The notes beneath the pieces were generated by a model, which did not search any database, had not been told where the DNA came from, and saw only the letters and a list, made by a program, of their open reading frames with translations. The position numbers were made by a program, and so were the translations under genes. 64,000 nucleotides of DNA from Eledone cirrhosa (lineage: Eukaryota): assembly GCA_964016885.1 (NCBI GenBank), contig OZ024745.1, positions 14,012,001-14,076,000 of the forward strand, read 5' to 3'. This document shows positions 1 to 13,085 of the stretch, in pieces. Positions within the stretch are counted from its first letter, which is position 1; every line of letters begins with the position of its first letter.

Positions 1-2584
1 CCCCTAGTTTTGGAGAAAATTTTACATGTATAAAAAAGCCCAAAACACATTCCATTAGCTATTAAATACTGCAGGAGAGCTTCCATGTCTAATGAGCCCA
101 TGAATCTACACCTAGAACGTTCAACCCCTAGGTACAGGCTTGAGTAAGGTCTTGTGGACCAGCAGTTGCATGAGAATGGCAAGAGTTAATGTTGACTTGG
201 CACCAGTGATGTTGGAGATGAACTCAGAACGAAAAAGGCCAAAAGCGATACTTCAACCTTCTAACAATTCTGCCAATCCACTCTTCTCAACTGTTACATT
301 ATCAACGTTGAAAGAATGAAAGGCAAACTTGACCTAACAGGATTTGAACTCAGAACATAGAGAGCCAGAACTAATTCTACTGATGCTTTCACAAACTCTC
401 TCAATTAGCCTTGAAAAGCAGATCAGATTTAATACACACAATATATTCTTATAAAGATACTGAAGCTTATATTTTCGCTTTATTTCCTTGGCTATTAATA
501 AACAATATAAAGATGAAATTAAGTGAATTCTCCTATTTAAAACATTCATCTATGTATGAAGATTAGTAAAATAGCGCGGTTGAAAGAAAAATGACAAATA
601 TTTCATATGATAAATGTTAGCGCTTTTTTCCTATTTCAAATTGAACCTAATTAGGGTTAGGATTAGATAACGTGTGTTCCAGTTTGAGATATGGGGTAAT
701 AGGGTTAGGGTTAGGGTTAGGATTAGATAACGTTTGTTCCAGTTTGAGATATGGGGTAATAGGGAAGAAACGGTCAAGTATTTTTTTTTCAATCGACGAT
801 TACGATCTGAAAAGAAGCCAAAAATAATTACTAAATTTTCAAGATGAATAGCCAAAATAATCAATGTATTCCTAGCAGAATAACGTTGGAGACCACCAGA
901 AATGCCTGTAAGTTAGCAAACAATTCACTATCAAAAATAAAAGTAAAAATATTTAAAATCCGAACTACTGTGTAGGAAAATATAAGGTTAGCAGGTTCTT
1001 GCTTTTCCCTATTATTGAATTTACATGCGGTGACGTTGTATCCGATACTACTGAAGTAGACAACAAGTGGGATAAGGTAGAAATAGAAGTGAAAATATAG
1101 AAATATATTTCGATCCTATATAACCAGCCATTTACAAATGTGAAGAATCCAAACTGCTGCCGGTATGGAGAGGAGTTTGTTTTATAAAATATATAAAAGT
1201 ATGTCAGGTTTAGAATAATTGAACTGATGAACAATTCATCCTGAGGCTACTTTAAGATAGTTATGATGGATATGTCTGGCATGAATACATGTTTCTGGTT
1301 CCAGCAGGAATGGCAGAACAAACTAGTCACAGACATCAAGATAAATACACCATACACCAGACTATTGCTTTACGTAAAATTATACCAAAGTAAATAAGTT
1401 TTATGATTAAATAATAACGACAAATATTCCGTAAGGAAACTAAACTGTTTGTATAAATGGTTAATAGATAACTTCCACGTGGATGATGGAACTTGGTGGA
1501 AATCTCCATGGACCTGAAAGTTAAAATTTCTGCGAAAATGTTCCTATTATATCTGCGTGTTCTATGTTAAGATTTGTCAAGTAGTTATATTTTCTAAGGA
1601 GCCAACAAGCCTGTTTTTCCATCATAAAGTATTCGCCATTTGAATAATAAACTATTATACGAAATAAGGAACGGTGAATGTTATAATGGTGGAATGTTGG
1701 TAATAATAAGCAAAGTAAATATGAAAGTGTTAAATGTCACATTAGATTGTTAGTAAGAAGAGAGTGGGAGAGGTATCGGCATCTTGTCTAGCTTCGAATG
1801 CTGAGAATAAGGAAAATAATTCGAAAGGAACACCCACGAAGGAAAAAAAAACAAAATTATGAAAACACTCGACAAGATATCTCCTCTCTCTCTCTATCGT
1901 TGACACTGTATAAATGTGTGAATTATTTTATAAGTAGCAACACGGAAGCAGAAACTGTAATACAACTGGTTGCTATAGGAAATATATGGTGGAAAGTAGA
2001 CATTTGTTCATATTTAGCACATCAGAAATATTTTACGTGCACCATTAAAACAATCAACGTTTTTTTTTGTTTCCATATACAATTTATTGTTTATATTCAT
2101 ATATATATATAGAGAGATATTATTTGTTCCGACTTAGATTATTTTATACATTAATTAATTTTTTTTTTATCTCAAAGATATCAAAATATCGAACTGACAG
2201 ATACTTTTCTGTATATTTGCTGAAACCAAAAGACAATCTCCAGCAGCTAAACCATGACAATAAGAATATCATTTCTTTCACGGTTTCATAGTAATTTACG
2301 ACTCTATTAAATATTACATCAACGTTTGTGTAGATATGCAAAAGCAATCAATGTTTATTATTGAGACGGGGCACCTTGCTTAGCGATGATGATCGCGCAG
2401 GCGCGCGGCAATGTTGTTCGATGATGTCCCCAACCTGTTTATGATACGTGAATCTAATGTTGATACTATATTGTGTGTGTGTATATATATATATATATAT
2501 ACATATATATATAATGTATATAGAGAGATGTGTGTGTGTATACATATATATAATGTATATATATATAGAGAGAGAGAGAGAGAG

Positions 2585-2614
<30 letters not shown>

Positions 2615-2617
<3 letters not shown>

Positions 2618-2731
2618 GGAACAAGTAAGACCCCGTCGGCTGAGCTCAAGCCGTTTCGACGGCTAATTCTGGTCCAGAATTAGCCGTCGAAACGGCTTGA
2701 GCTCAGCCGTCGGGGTCTTACTTGTTCCTAT
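2615..2731. repeat. 58-bp-arm inverted repeat (1-nt loop, 1 mismatch) inside a (TA)n tract
   Basis: ataggaacaagtaagacccc...aattctgg T ccagaatt...ggggtcttacttgttcctat, centred on T2673. Confidence 0.97.
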
Positions 2732-4519
2732 TACCCACTCTACTAACCTAAGTATTGAGTACTTTGGTGCGTTATGGTCCACCTGGTTCCTTACCACATT
2801 TCCGTCGTTATATATATATATATATATATATATGAGAGGTGTGTATGTGCATACGTGCTGTTTGAAAACAATTTAAATATATAAACATCACTGCGGTTAG
2901 TTTACAGTATAGAAGTTGGTTTGGCAGATTTCAATGCTGAAGACAAATCTATAATACATAATACATACTTTAGTTTAACCATAAACATAAAGAAAGTCAC
3001 AGATTATTAGGTCCTACCTGAAGATAATCCCCTCGTTTGAAACTCAGTTCATCCGGAGATGACGCAAAGAAATCATGTTTTCCTATTGCCTCTATAACAT
3101 CCATATTGCTGTCCGAATTAGAAGACGACTGAAATCCGTTTAATGAATGAGAAATAAAAAAAAAACTGTTAGCAATAAGTGGACTAACTAACTAACAATG
3201 GAATTAAATTCTCATCAATTGTCGACAGTTATTTGAAGGCAAACAGGCAAGGTGATGGCGACTAGAGGTTGTCTTCACATTTACTTTATCGTACCCACTC
3301 CTGTTAAGGATGGCAAGAGATTTTAATATAATAAATAGTGAGGGGTGAGGAAGGAGTGTGTCAGAGTATAGAGCCGAATGTAAGGGAGAGAAGAATGGGA
3401 TGGAGAATATTTGACGAGAAATATTAACGGCGACAACAATTAAAAAAAAAGGTTATGAATTATTTCTATCTCGATTATTTAGTGTCGTAATAATATGCTG
3501 AGAGGCAAAAAAAGAATTAAAGACGCAACGATATTGATATGACTGACATCAGTAGTAGGAAGTGACCTAGTCATTTCTCATAGCTTCACTCCTTCCTCAA
3601 CCTACAGTTGTCTTACAGTTTATTTATTTATTATTTCATGTAAATATTGTAAAACATTATCTATAAAAAGAGAATTGGCGATGTGCAGTGACTTTTATAG
3701 TGTCAATAATACTGCTTCTATTATTTAGTTTGTTTAGAAATGACTGGACTGGAGAAGAGGAAAGAGATTAGTCAGTTATTAGAATTACTGAAAGCTCATA
3801 TGCAAACGTGTTGAGGGGAAGAGGGCTTTTGTGACCTTATCTGACTTCTGCTGGCATGCTACAATTGTTTGTTAGTTGATGGCCAAGTCTAACTGAAAGA
3901 AAACCCGGAAGTTTACTGTAATATGAGAGACTTAGACAACAAAAAAACTTCATAGTTGGGTAGTGTTGTAAAGCTTTAGACAGACTAAAAAAATGTTTTA
4001 TGAAATAAGTTACTAGCTCTCGTTGGTTAAGTTTAGAATGTGAAGAACTTTTAGTTAGTCGTGGTGGTGGAGGTGGTATTGTGAGAGGGGTGGCAACAGA
4101 GTATGAAACATACAAAAAGTTCATGTTACTCAACAAAAGTTGAATATAAGAGGAATTCTTTCAGAATAAAATCTGACTTTCGTATTTATTTTCACTATAT
4201 ATGTGAGTGTGTGTGTATATATATATATAGTGAACGGAACTAATATCACAAGGAAAATATTATTTTATTGTAATACCATAAATAATAGTTAAAGTAATTA
4301 AACAATAAAGTAAGGTAGTTAATACGAAGCATGTGAGATACGTAATATTGGTCTTTAATTAAATGATATTTTATGTCACTTATAGCTGCCAATAATGACT
4401 TGTAAACAATGACAATTTAAACTAGTGCATTAGACGTACGTGGGAAAAAAATCCATTAAATCAGACAAAAGTTGGGGATTTTTAATGTTTTTTTTTTAAA
4501 TCTTAGCTTCATTATTTTA

Positions 4520-4868
4520 CCTCTCTTTGGAGTAACGTTAGTCAATAGAGTGTGTAGCTCGGAGATCAGAGAATCACTCCAGGTAGAGCTGCTTTTTCTC
4601 CTAATTGAGAAGTCACAGCTCCCATACTATGGACATGTGTTTAGAATGTCTCAGAACATAATCGCTGGACAGATTTTATGGGTAAACCAACCAGCAGGAG
4701 TAAACCCCGAGAAAGATCATTGGATAACATCCATGGGCTTGGCTGGTCTCGTTTGGGGATCCACCCGGATCAATTGGAGATGGTTGCTTCTGACAGGACA
4801 CTCTGGAAGGAGTGTTAGAAGACTCTGCCCCCACAGCCCTCTCAAGAATAAGTGGGCAAAGAAGAAGT
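4520..4868 (+). mobile_element. 3' fragment of a second RTE family with a (GAA)n tail
   Basis: Encodes SQLPYYGHVFRM and ends aataagtgggcaaagaagaag. Reverse copies at 14690-14910, 19705-19935, 28675-29070 and 29466-29580. Confidence 0.8.
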
Positions 4869-6260
4869 TGAAGGGATTCAATTATAAAGATTATAATATT
4901 TAAATATTATTTGACTGGGTTAACTTCCTCGTCTGAAATAATATTTAAAATATTATTTTAATATTGCGTCTGCTAAAACTATTTGAAATAATCCCGAAAT
5001 TAAAATTTCCTTACGGGTAACGTGTTTTTATGTTGAGGGGAGTGCAGAAGAAAAGCGTTGTATAAGTTCTGAGACTGGTACCATTAATGTTCAGTTTAAA
5101 CGGTTACATGTCGACAACTATAGGGAAAAAAACATATAGGGAGAGAATACCAGAGATTGAGTTCTGAGAAGAAAGGTTGTGTGAAGCAGTGTCAAAAGGG
5201 AACTCGATATAGGTGACAAAATATGGTAAGACGAATGAGTAGCGGTAACATAAGTCCAGTTGCTGGGAACATAATCCAATGTAGTAGTAAGGAGACAAAG
5301 AGGAGACAATTCGTCTACTTTCACCAAATTGGCTGACCAAGATAGAATGACCAAATGAGATTTATTTTTCAACATAGTCCCTGGAAAGAAACAATGCATT
5401 TATTTATAAGAAGAGTTGAAATTAAGGCATGCAAGATTTCATAGCTCTAGCATCACTCCTTCATAGGCTGACCAAGATACTCTCATGGAATGATCAAATG
5501 AGGTTTATTTTTCAACATAGTCCTTGAAAAGAAATAATGCAGTTATGAATAAGAGCTGAAATTAATGTATTGAAGATTACACAGCTCTAGCATTACTCCT
5601 TCATAGTGAGCCTATGAACGGTTCAGTCAACCCTTGTAGTAAACTGTCTTGCTCTGTAAAGGATTAAATCAATAATACTTCCAATAATCAACTCTCATAA
5701 AACCATTGCCAAGAATCATCAGAATAAAAAAAGGATCAATCGACTTTCATCAAATTAGACCGAGGAAGCAATGTTTTCGTCACTCTTTCCAGTTGCTAGT
5801 ACTATCTATCAGTTGCAAGTGTGTGGCTGAGTGGTTAGAGAATTGGATTCACAATCTTGAGGTTGTGAGTTCGATTCCTGGACCGGGCAATGCGTTATGT
5901 CCTTGAGCAAGACACTTTATTTCACGTTGCTCCTTCTACCTACCTATCAGAATAAAATAAAGCCTAAAATCTTGTGTCAAACTGTTTTAGAAAATATAAT
6001 ATGGAATATTGATTTCTAATTTAAGCACAAGGCTAACAAATTTTGAGAAAGGGCAAAGTTGATTAAATCAACCGCAGTATATGATTAATACTTTATTTTA
6101 TTAAGCCCATATAAAGCAATGTTTTTTTTTTTCAATTTCAATTTCTTTCAACCCTTTTGATACCAACCCACCCAAAACTGGCACTCGTTCTATGAAACAA
6201 AACCATGCATTTTAAAGGGTCCTTCTTTAGATTAAAATCTTCCAACATTATTTTATATAA

Positions 6261-6451
6261 AGGGCGGTGGATTGGCATTATCGGTAGAGGGTCGGACGCC
6301 ATACTTTCCAGCATAGTTACGTCCGTTTACGATCTGAGTTCAAATCCCGCCGAGGTTGATTTTGCCTTTCATCCTTACGGGGTCGATAAAATAAAGTACC
6401 AGTAATGCACTGGTAATTGCTGGCCTTGTGCCTACAGTAGAAACAATTATT
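6261..6451 (+). mobile_element. tRNA-derived SINE (octopus OR-like family)
   Basis: A/B-box-like head (gagttcaaatcc); body gactttgcctttcatcc...ggggtcgataaaataaagtaccag; direct-repeat flanks attattttatataaagg. Confidence 0.88.
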
Positions 6452-6808
6452 TTATATAAAGGTCATAATAAATAACTTTAGTTGATTCCTTCAAATTCTT
6501 CATTAATTAATTATCATCATCGTCAGTAATAAGTATGACCAAGGTGTCAAATTTTCATAAGTTTATTCAGGTGTGACACACGTTTCATGATTGATCAGCT
6601 CAAGGTTTGATCTCTATTGATTGGGTCCAATCTGGAATCAAAAGCTCATTACACTTCTTTTTGAAGTTAAGAGCTGAAACACTTGCTTGAGGGGACAGGG
6701 GGGTTCTTCTCTGAAGACCTTCTGCTGTACAGCTCTCCTTAGAGTTTCTTATCACTGCTATAAACAAATTTAGGTAATGAAATCATATATATGAAATATT
6801 TGTTAGAT

Positions 6809-6996
6809 AATTGTTTCTACTTTAGGCACAAGGCCAGCAATTACCCAGTGCATTACTGGTACTTTATTTTATCGACCCCGTAAGGATGAAAGGCAAAGTC
6901 AACCTCGGCAGGATTTGAACTCAGATCGTAAAGGGACGTAACTATGCTGGAAAGCATGGCGTCCGACCCTCTACCGATACTGCCAATCCACCGCCC
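6809..6996 (-). mobile_element. OR-like SINE
   Basis: Reverse-complement copy of the 6261 element, TSD tatttgttagataat on both sides. Confidence 0.9.
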
Positions 6997-7020
6997 TATT
7001 TGTTAGATAATGAATGACAT

Positions 7021-10000
7021 AATCATCATCATCATCATTTTACGTCCGCTTTTCCCTGCTTGCAAGGGTGGGACGGGTCTTATTCAGCACAGCATCTCTC
7101 CACTTGTCACGGACCTTCATCATCTCCACCGTGAGCTTCAGCGATCTGAGGTCTGTTCTCACCACCTCCGCCCATGTTTTTCGTGGTCTACCTCTACCAC
7201 GTCTTCCTTCAACTGGCATTTCCTGGCACTTCTTCACCCATCGGTCATCCTCCATGCACATCACATGTCCAGACCACCGCAGTCTCCTCTCTCGCACACT
7301 ATATTCTATCCCTCTCAGACACAGTTTCTCTCTCAACACATCCATGCTGAGTCGTTCACGCACATTGACATTGCACATCCAACGGAGCATGCTTGCCTCA
7401 TTTCTCTCCAGCCGTCGCATATCCTCTGCAGTTGCTGCCCAAGTCTCACTACCATGCAGCATCGCGCTCCTCACTGGCCTTTCGTACGCAGGGAGAAACC
7501 CTTCTTCGTCAGCAGAGGAAGCAGCTCCCTAAATTTCTTCCAACTCATCCTTATTCTAGATACTATGGCCTTGGAACCCCCCCCCCCTTCCCATGCTAAT
7601 CTGATCTCCTAGGTAATGGAAGCTATCCACCACTTTTATAGCACCCACCTGCATTTGAAAAATGTATCTATGCGACTTCTGTCTAATTTCCCTGTACATC
7701 TACTGCATATGTATTTCTCGCTGCCTGTTAGTTTGCCTGCTATCTCACTACATATCTTTGTGTACCCAGGATCTGCATTGTGTGCATTTTATAGAATTTA
7801 TGCCAGTTCCTTTTCTGCATATCGAACATGGCCATTTCCCTGATGGAATCAGAGTTTTGTCCTCTTTTCTACTCAACACTTTTGTCTTAGCTAGGTTCAC
7901 TCTCAGTCCTCTTGCTTCCAACTGCTGTTTCCATAGACAGAATTTATTCTCTAGATCCTCTACTGATTCTGCTATAAGAACCAGATTGTCAGCATAGAGA
8001 AGTTCCCATGGACAGCCAGTCTTAAACTCCTCTGCTATGGTTTGGAGGACTAGAATGAACAAGAGTGGGCTGAGGACCGAACCTTGACATACTCCTACTT
8101 GTATCTGGAATTCCTCACTAACTCCATTCCTACCCTGACTTTACTGACAGCACCTCTGTACAAAGTTTGCACTGTCCTCACAAGCCATTCCTCAACACCT
8201 AGTTTCCTTAGGGACCACCAGATGACAGATCGGGGTACCCTATCAAAGGCCTTCTCTAGGTCAAAAAAGGCTAAGTATAGTGGCTTATTCTTCTCTAAGA
8301 ACCTCTCTTGTAATTGTCTCACCAAGAAGAGGGCATCTGTTGTACTTATCCCAGGCACAAAACCAAACTGCATCTCATCTAGTTTGACCCTTTCTCTAAT
8401 TAGTTGTGCTAATATCCTTTCTGCCACTTTCATAACCTGATCCATCAGTTTTATACCCTTATAATTGCTCCTCTCCAGAGCATCCCCTTTACCTTTGTAG
8501 CAATTTATGAGAATACTGCTGCACCAGTCTTTGGGTATGACACCACCATATATAACCTGATTGATGATGCGTGCAACCAGTTTAGTGCCTATGTACCCTG
8601 ATGCCTTCAGCATCTCAGCAACTATCCCCGATGGTCCAGCAGCCTTACCATTTTTCATTTCCTTAATCGCCTCTTGGACCCTATATTCGTCAATCTCAAT
8701 AGCTCGTCCCTCTGTCGGATCTACTGGGGGTAATTTCTCTCTCTCCCATTCGTTCTCCACATTCATCAGTCTCTCATAATGACATTTCCAGGCCTCCTTT
8801 TTCTGATCATTTGTGACACTAAGTACACCGGCATCATTCCGGACACATTTATCTCCAACAACATCCTGATTTGCATTGACACACTGCCTTGCAATGTGGA
8901 ACACTGCATGCCTCTGATCTTCCTGTCGCAGAACATTGGCAAACCTCTTACTCTCAGCCTCCCTGCGTGCTAAGTACACCTAACGTCTAGCTTCTCTCTT
9001 AGTGGCTGTATATTCTTCCCTACTCCCACTCTTTTTCCAAGCCTTCCATGCTAGTCTTTTGTCTGTAATGGTCTTATCTACTGTGCTGTTCCACCACCAG
9101 GTCACTCTCTGTCTGGTTGGAGCTCTGCTCCAGCCACAGGTTTCATCAGTCGCCTGCAGCAAGTTGTCACGTAAGAAATTCCAGTTATTATCTATGTCAT
9201 ACGACTCTAAATCGTCTTCTTTTTCGTCATACACATCTTGAAGGGCTTTCCTAAATTTGTATTTTAGTGAAAGGTCTTTTAGCTTCCAGACCTTTCTTCT
9301 CCACACCTTCCTGTATGTCACATTCCATCTCTTGCTTACTGAGATATCACTAACAACTAACCTATGCTGTGGGGTACATTCTTCCCCAGGGTATGCCTTG
9401 GTATTTGACACCATCTGCCTGTCCCGCTGCCTAACTAGTAAGAAGTCAATCTGGCTTAAGTGCTCACCTGATTTGTAGGTTATTAGGTGGTTGGCAGGTT
9501 TCTGGAAGTTAGTGTTGCAAATAGTCAGTGTACTTGCATCACAAAATTCAAGAAGTCTCACTCCATTTCTTGAGCCGTAACCGTGCCTACCATGTACCCC
9601 AGTGTAACCATCCTGGAGCTGGAGCTGTCTAACATGACCATTGAAGTCCCCTGCTAGCCTAACGATGTCTCCGTCCTCTGTCATTGCGGCTGTTTGTAAA
9701 AGTTGCTCGTAAAAGCAGTCTTTCTCTTCTTTACCTAGGCCTGCTTGGGGAGCATAGACGGAGATGATTGTCAGTAGTCTCCTGCCTACAACTAATCTAA
9801 GCTTAATTATTCGATTATTAACTCAAACTATTTCTATTGTCTTATTGATCCATCTCTCAGCCAGGAAAATGCCTCCTCCTCCTCCATCATCCTTACCTAC
9901 CCAGAAAAGCTTATAACTAAGATCTTTGCCTGCGATTAGTCTTGCAGAGGCACCTCTCCATCTCACCTCTTGCACGCAGCACACATCCACACGCCTTCTC

Positions 10001-10260
10001 TCCAGCATCTCCGCTATTTCACCAGATCTACCTGTGAGAGTGCCAGCATTAAGTGTTGCAGCTCTGAGATGCGATGTCTTCATATTTTTGTTGTTCCTAT
10101 ATATTTGTTGCTGTGCTCATAATTGTTTTGGCATTGATACACTGGTTGGATACCCTTCCTAACACCAGTGCCACCTTAAAGCATGTACTGGGTGCTTTTA
10201 TTTGTGCCGCCAACACTAGAGAGGATGTCTTACTGGACTCATGGGCCCTCTCTACCCCTC
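7021..10260 (-). mobile_element. Near full-length RTE-clade LINE (APE endonuclease + reverse transcriptase), disabled
   Basis: Endonuclease motifs TLNAGTL, CVQEVRW, GDFNGHV, QIDFLLV, QHRLVV. RT motifs QFGFVPG, FFDLEKAFDRVP, LLYADNL. C-terminal RRLRWSGHV and GRGRPRKTW. (GAT)n 3' tail. In-frame TAG at 8982-8980, frameshifts near 9825, 8110 and 7755, YADD changed to YADN. 5' limit approximate. Confidence 0.95.
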
Positions 10261-10518
10261 CATTTTACAGCATGGTCATAAAAATAAACAAAAAAACAAA
10301 AACACCACTTATTGACACTCACGGCACACACACACTCACACTCATGCATACAAACACACACACATATATAAATTTATCTTTTATATTATGTATGTAAGTC
10401 AATGGTTTGGGTTCCAGGTCACAACTATTTCATTTCCACTATTAATGTCTTTGGTAAAGGCAACAATGTGCAAACTTCCAGTTTTCTGCTCATCTGCAAT
10501 CAACATGGCTATCTCTAA

Positions 10519-10709
10519 TAATTGTTTCTACTTTTGGCACAAGGCCAGCAATTACCCAGTGTATTACTGGTACTTTATTTTATCGACCCCGAAAGGATGA
10601 AAGGCAAAGTTAACCTCGGCAGGATTTGAACTCAGAATGGCAAGGGCCATAACTCTATGCGTCAATGCATGGCATCCGACCCTCTACCGATACTGCCAAT
10701 CCTCCGCCC
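10519..10709 (-). mobile_element. OR-like SINE
   Basis: Same family, TSD tggctatctctaataa on both sides. Further, older or partial copies near 270-370, 15780-15960, 25670-25865, 47560-47710, 47824-47980, 50945-51352 and 61628-61700. Confidence 0.9.
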
Positions 10710-13012
10710 TTTGGCTATCTCTAATAACAACAGAACAAACAAGTTTCTAGTGTAACAATGCATGGAAGAACTATTTTTATTTTCAAGTATATCCTGTTTT
10801 TCTTTAGAATAGGCTGTATGTATCCTGGTTATTAAAATAGGTCAATATAGCCATCATCATCACTTAACATGTTAATGGTGATGATATCTACTGTATTCCA
10901 GCATGTCACAAGAGATGACTAAAAGTGTTAGCATTGTAAAGGGAAGATGGCCTTAAACTGTCTGTTGTTGTTGTTAGAACAAGTACATTACATCCCTGCA
11001 TGTCATAAAAAGCAAAGAATGTTATCCAACTTTATAAAGTCCTCTCCAGCCCATACATGAAAAGTGGATGTAAAAATAACAATTTCTATCTCATAGGCAT
11101 ATTTTTTTTATTTTTAGTGATGTGTAAACTAAGATCAAATGGTCAATATGCTTACATGTATATAAAATGTAAACATCATATATATGAGCGAGATACGGTC
11201 ACCTGACCCAACTTGCCTCTAAATGGGACAAACCCGTCTAACCCATGCTAGCATGGAAGATAGATGTTAAATGATGATGATGATGATACATACAGGGTGT
11301 AACAGGTAAATTGGGACAAATTTCAAATGGCTATATTTCTAATTGTATAGATTTTGTTGGAGTCTAAATTTTAAATATTACCAGCTTGAATAATCACTTG
11401 TGCTATTTTTTTAATTTCATATTGCACAAATTATGAATGTAAATAAAGAATTAAACTGCAGAAGTGTAATTGCAACTTCTCACAACTCTGTCTTTACTGA
11501 AGGCTTTGGTCAAACGAGCATTCAGTAAAATGAAAAAGTAAGAAATAGTTAAGGCATGCGCATCATTTCGCAAATGGATTGAACTGGTAAAGAATTCAAG
11601 GCATCCATCGCCTCTGAGTGCTCTGCACCGTTTTATTCAGCTGTCATCCTTCATATGCATCACATGTCCATACCAACGTAATCTCCTCCCCTGCACACAG
11701 CATTTGATTCCTCTTATGTCTAGTCTCTCTCTCTCAGTTCGTTTATGCTTTGCCATTCACGTATATTACTATTACACATCCATCAGAGCATGCAAGCTTC
11801 ATTTCTTTCCAATCTACACAAGCTTCTGCACACAGTACCCAGGTCTCACTACCATGCAACATTGCAGTTTGTATGCATGCATCATACAGTCTGCCTTTCA
11901 TAGCTAACAGTGGTAGTAGCTCCCTGAACTTCTTCCATCCCGTTCTTACTCTGGCTACTGTACTTTCAGCTGCTAATAACTATATATATATATATATAAA
12001 AGGATCTTTATAACATGTACAAAAGGTTGATGTTTAGCACAACTTGCTTTCTCTTTATTCATCATTGCTGTTACCTGCAACCAGAACTATTCCTGCCCCA
12101 AGATTTGCACATAACACAGATCCTCAATATTTCTCATTTTCTGCTATCAAGAATAGCATATATTTCAATCAAAGCTCACACTACTATATTCCCACAATAC
12201 ATAAACAATCCCAAACTCTCATTATACTTGCAAATATTAAGTATTTCTTCACATAGCTCAGCCTTTCTGATGTATAATTTTCTATTGACCCTCACATTCA
12301 TTCAGTGGTGACTCTTTACAAACAAAAATATGTTTGGAATATTGTATGAGGTTAAGACAGAGCTTGTTTTTTGTTGGAAAGCCTGGGTGAGAAAAAAATC
12401 CCAACAATTGTGAAGATCTGTTCAACTCTTGCTAGCAGGTAAAATGGATATTAAATGAGGATGCTGATAATGATATATATATATCATCACTTAATATCCA
12501 TCTTTCACGCTAGCATGAGTTAGATGAGTTGTCTTGTGAGCAATGCCAGGTCAGGTGAGGTGACCATCTCTTACTCATACAGAACTAGTTTTGGCTTGGT
12601 TTCTACATATATATATAAGTCAATTAAATCTCAACAAAGCTGGATTTTCAGATTTTATTTTATATTTTCATACATACTTTCATGTCTTCTAGGATATTCT
12701 GTATATCATACACCTATGGTAGTAGGTGTATAATATTCTTAAGGTCCCATTTCGGTCACTCGCGACACATTCAAAGCTTTGTCACTAATTCAATTTTTGA
12801 TAGAATTGGATGCGGTTTTTTGCACTTTATAGGACCACAGATAAGCTACTTTTTGACATAAAAATATTGAAATTTGGTTCAGTAGAAAAAAAGTTACATA
12901 AAAATAAGTGAGGACCAAAAGAGTGTAAGGAACTACATACATAAGTAACGCTTAGTTTGTTTCTAATTTCTAATACATTAAAATAGTGATAGATTGTGCA
13001 ATAGTGAATTGT

Positions 13013-13085
13013 GGTCAGGTAGCTCAGTCGGTAGAGCAGCGGACCGGCAATCCGAAGGTCGTGAGTTCGATTCCCATCCTGATTA
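13013..13085 (+). tRNA. tRNA-like sequence, anticodon GGC (Ala); probable pseudogene or SINE head
   Basis: 73-nt cloverleaf: acceptor GGTCAGG/CCTGATT, D-stem GCTC/GAGC, anticodon stem CGGA/TCCG with loop CCGGCAA, T-loop TTCGATT. Mismatches in two stems and C at position 33. TTTT follows. Confidence 0.55.

Noticed and set aside
3017-3050. CTGAAGA...GAAAC hammerhead candidate
   Set aside because: No convincing stem I or stem II.
5331-5605. Two ~130-bp tandem copies
   Set aside because: Looks like a locally duplicated mariner-like terminal fragment; no further structure.
5818-5890. tRNA gene candidates (also 21592 and 37210)
   Set aside because: Acceptor stems do not pair and they run into SINE bodies, so they are SINE heads.
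7010-7612. 200-aa and 154-aa plus-strand ORFs
   Set aside because: Antisense shadows of the RTE ORF.
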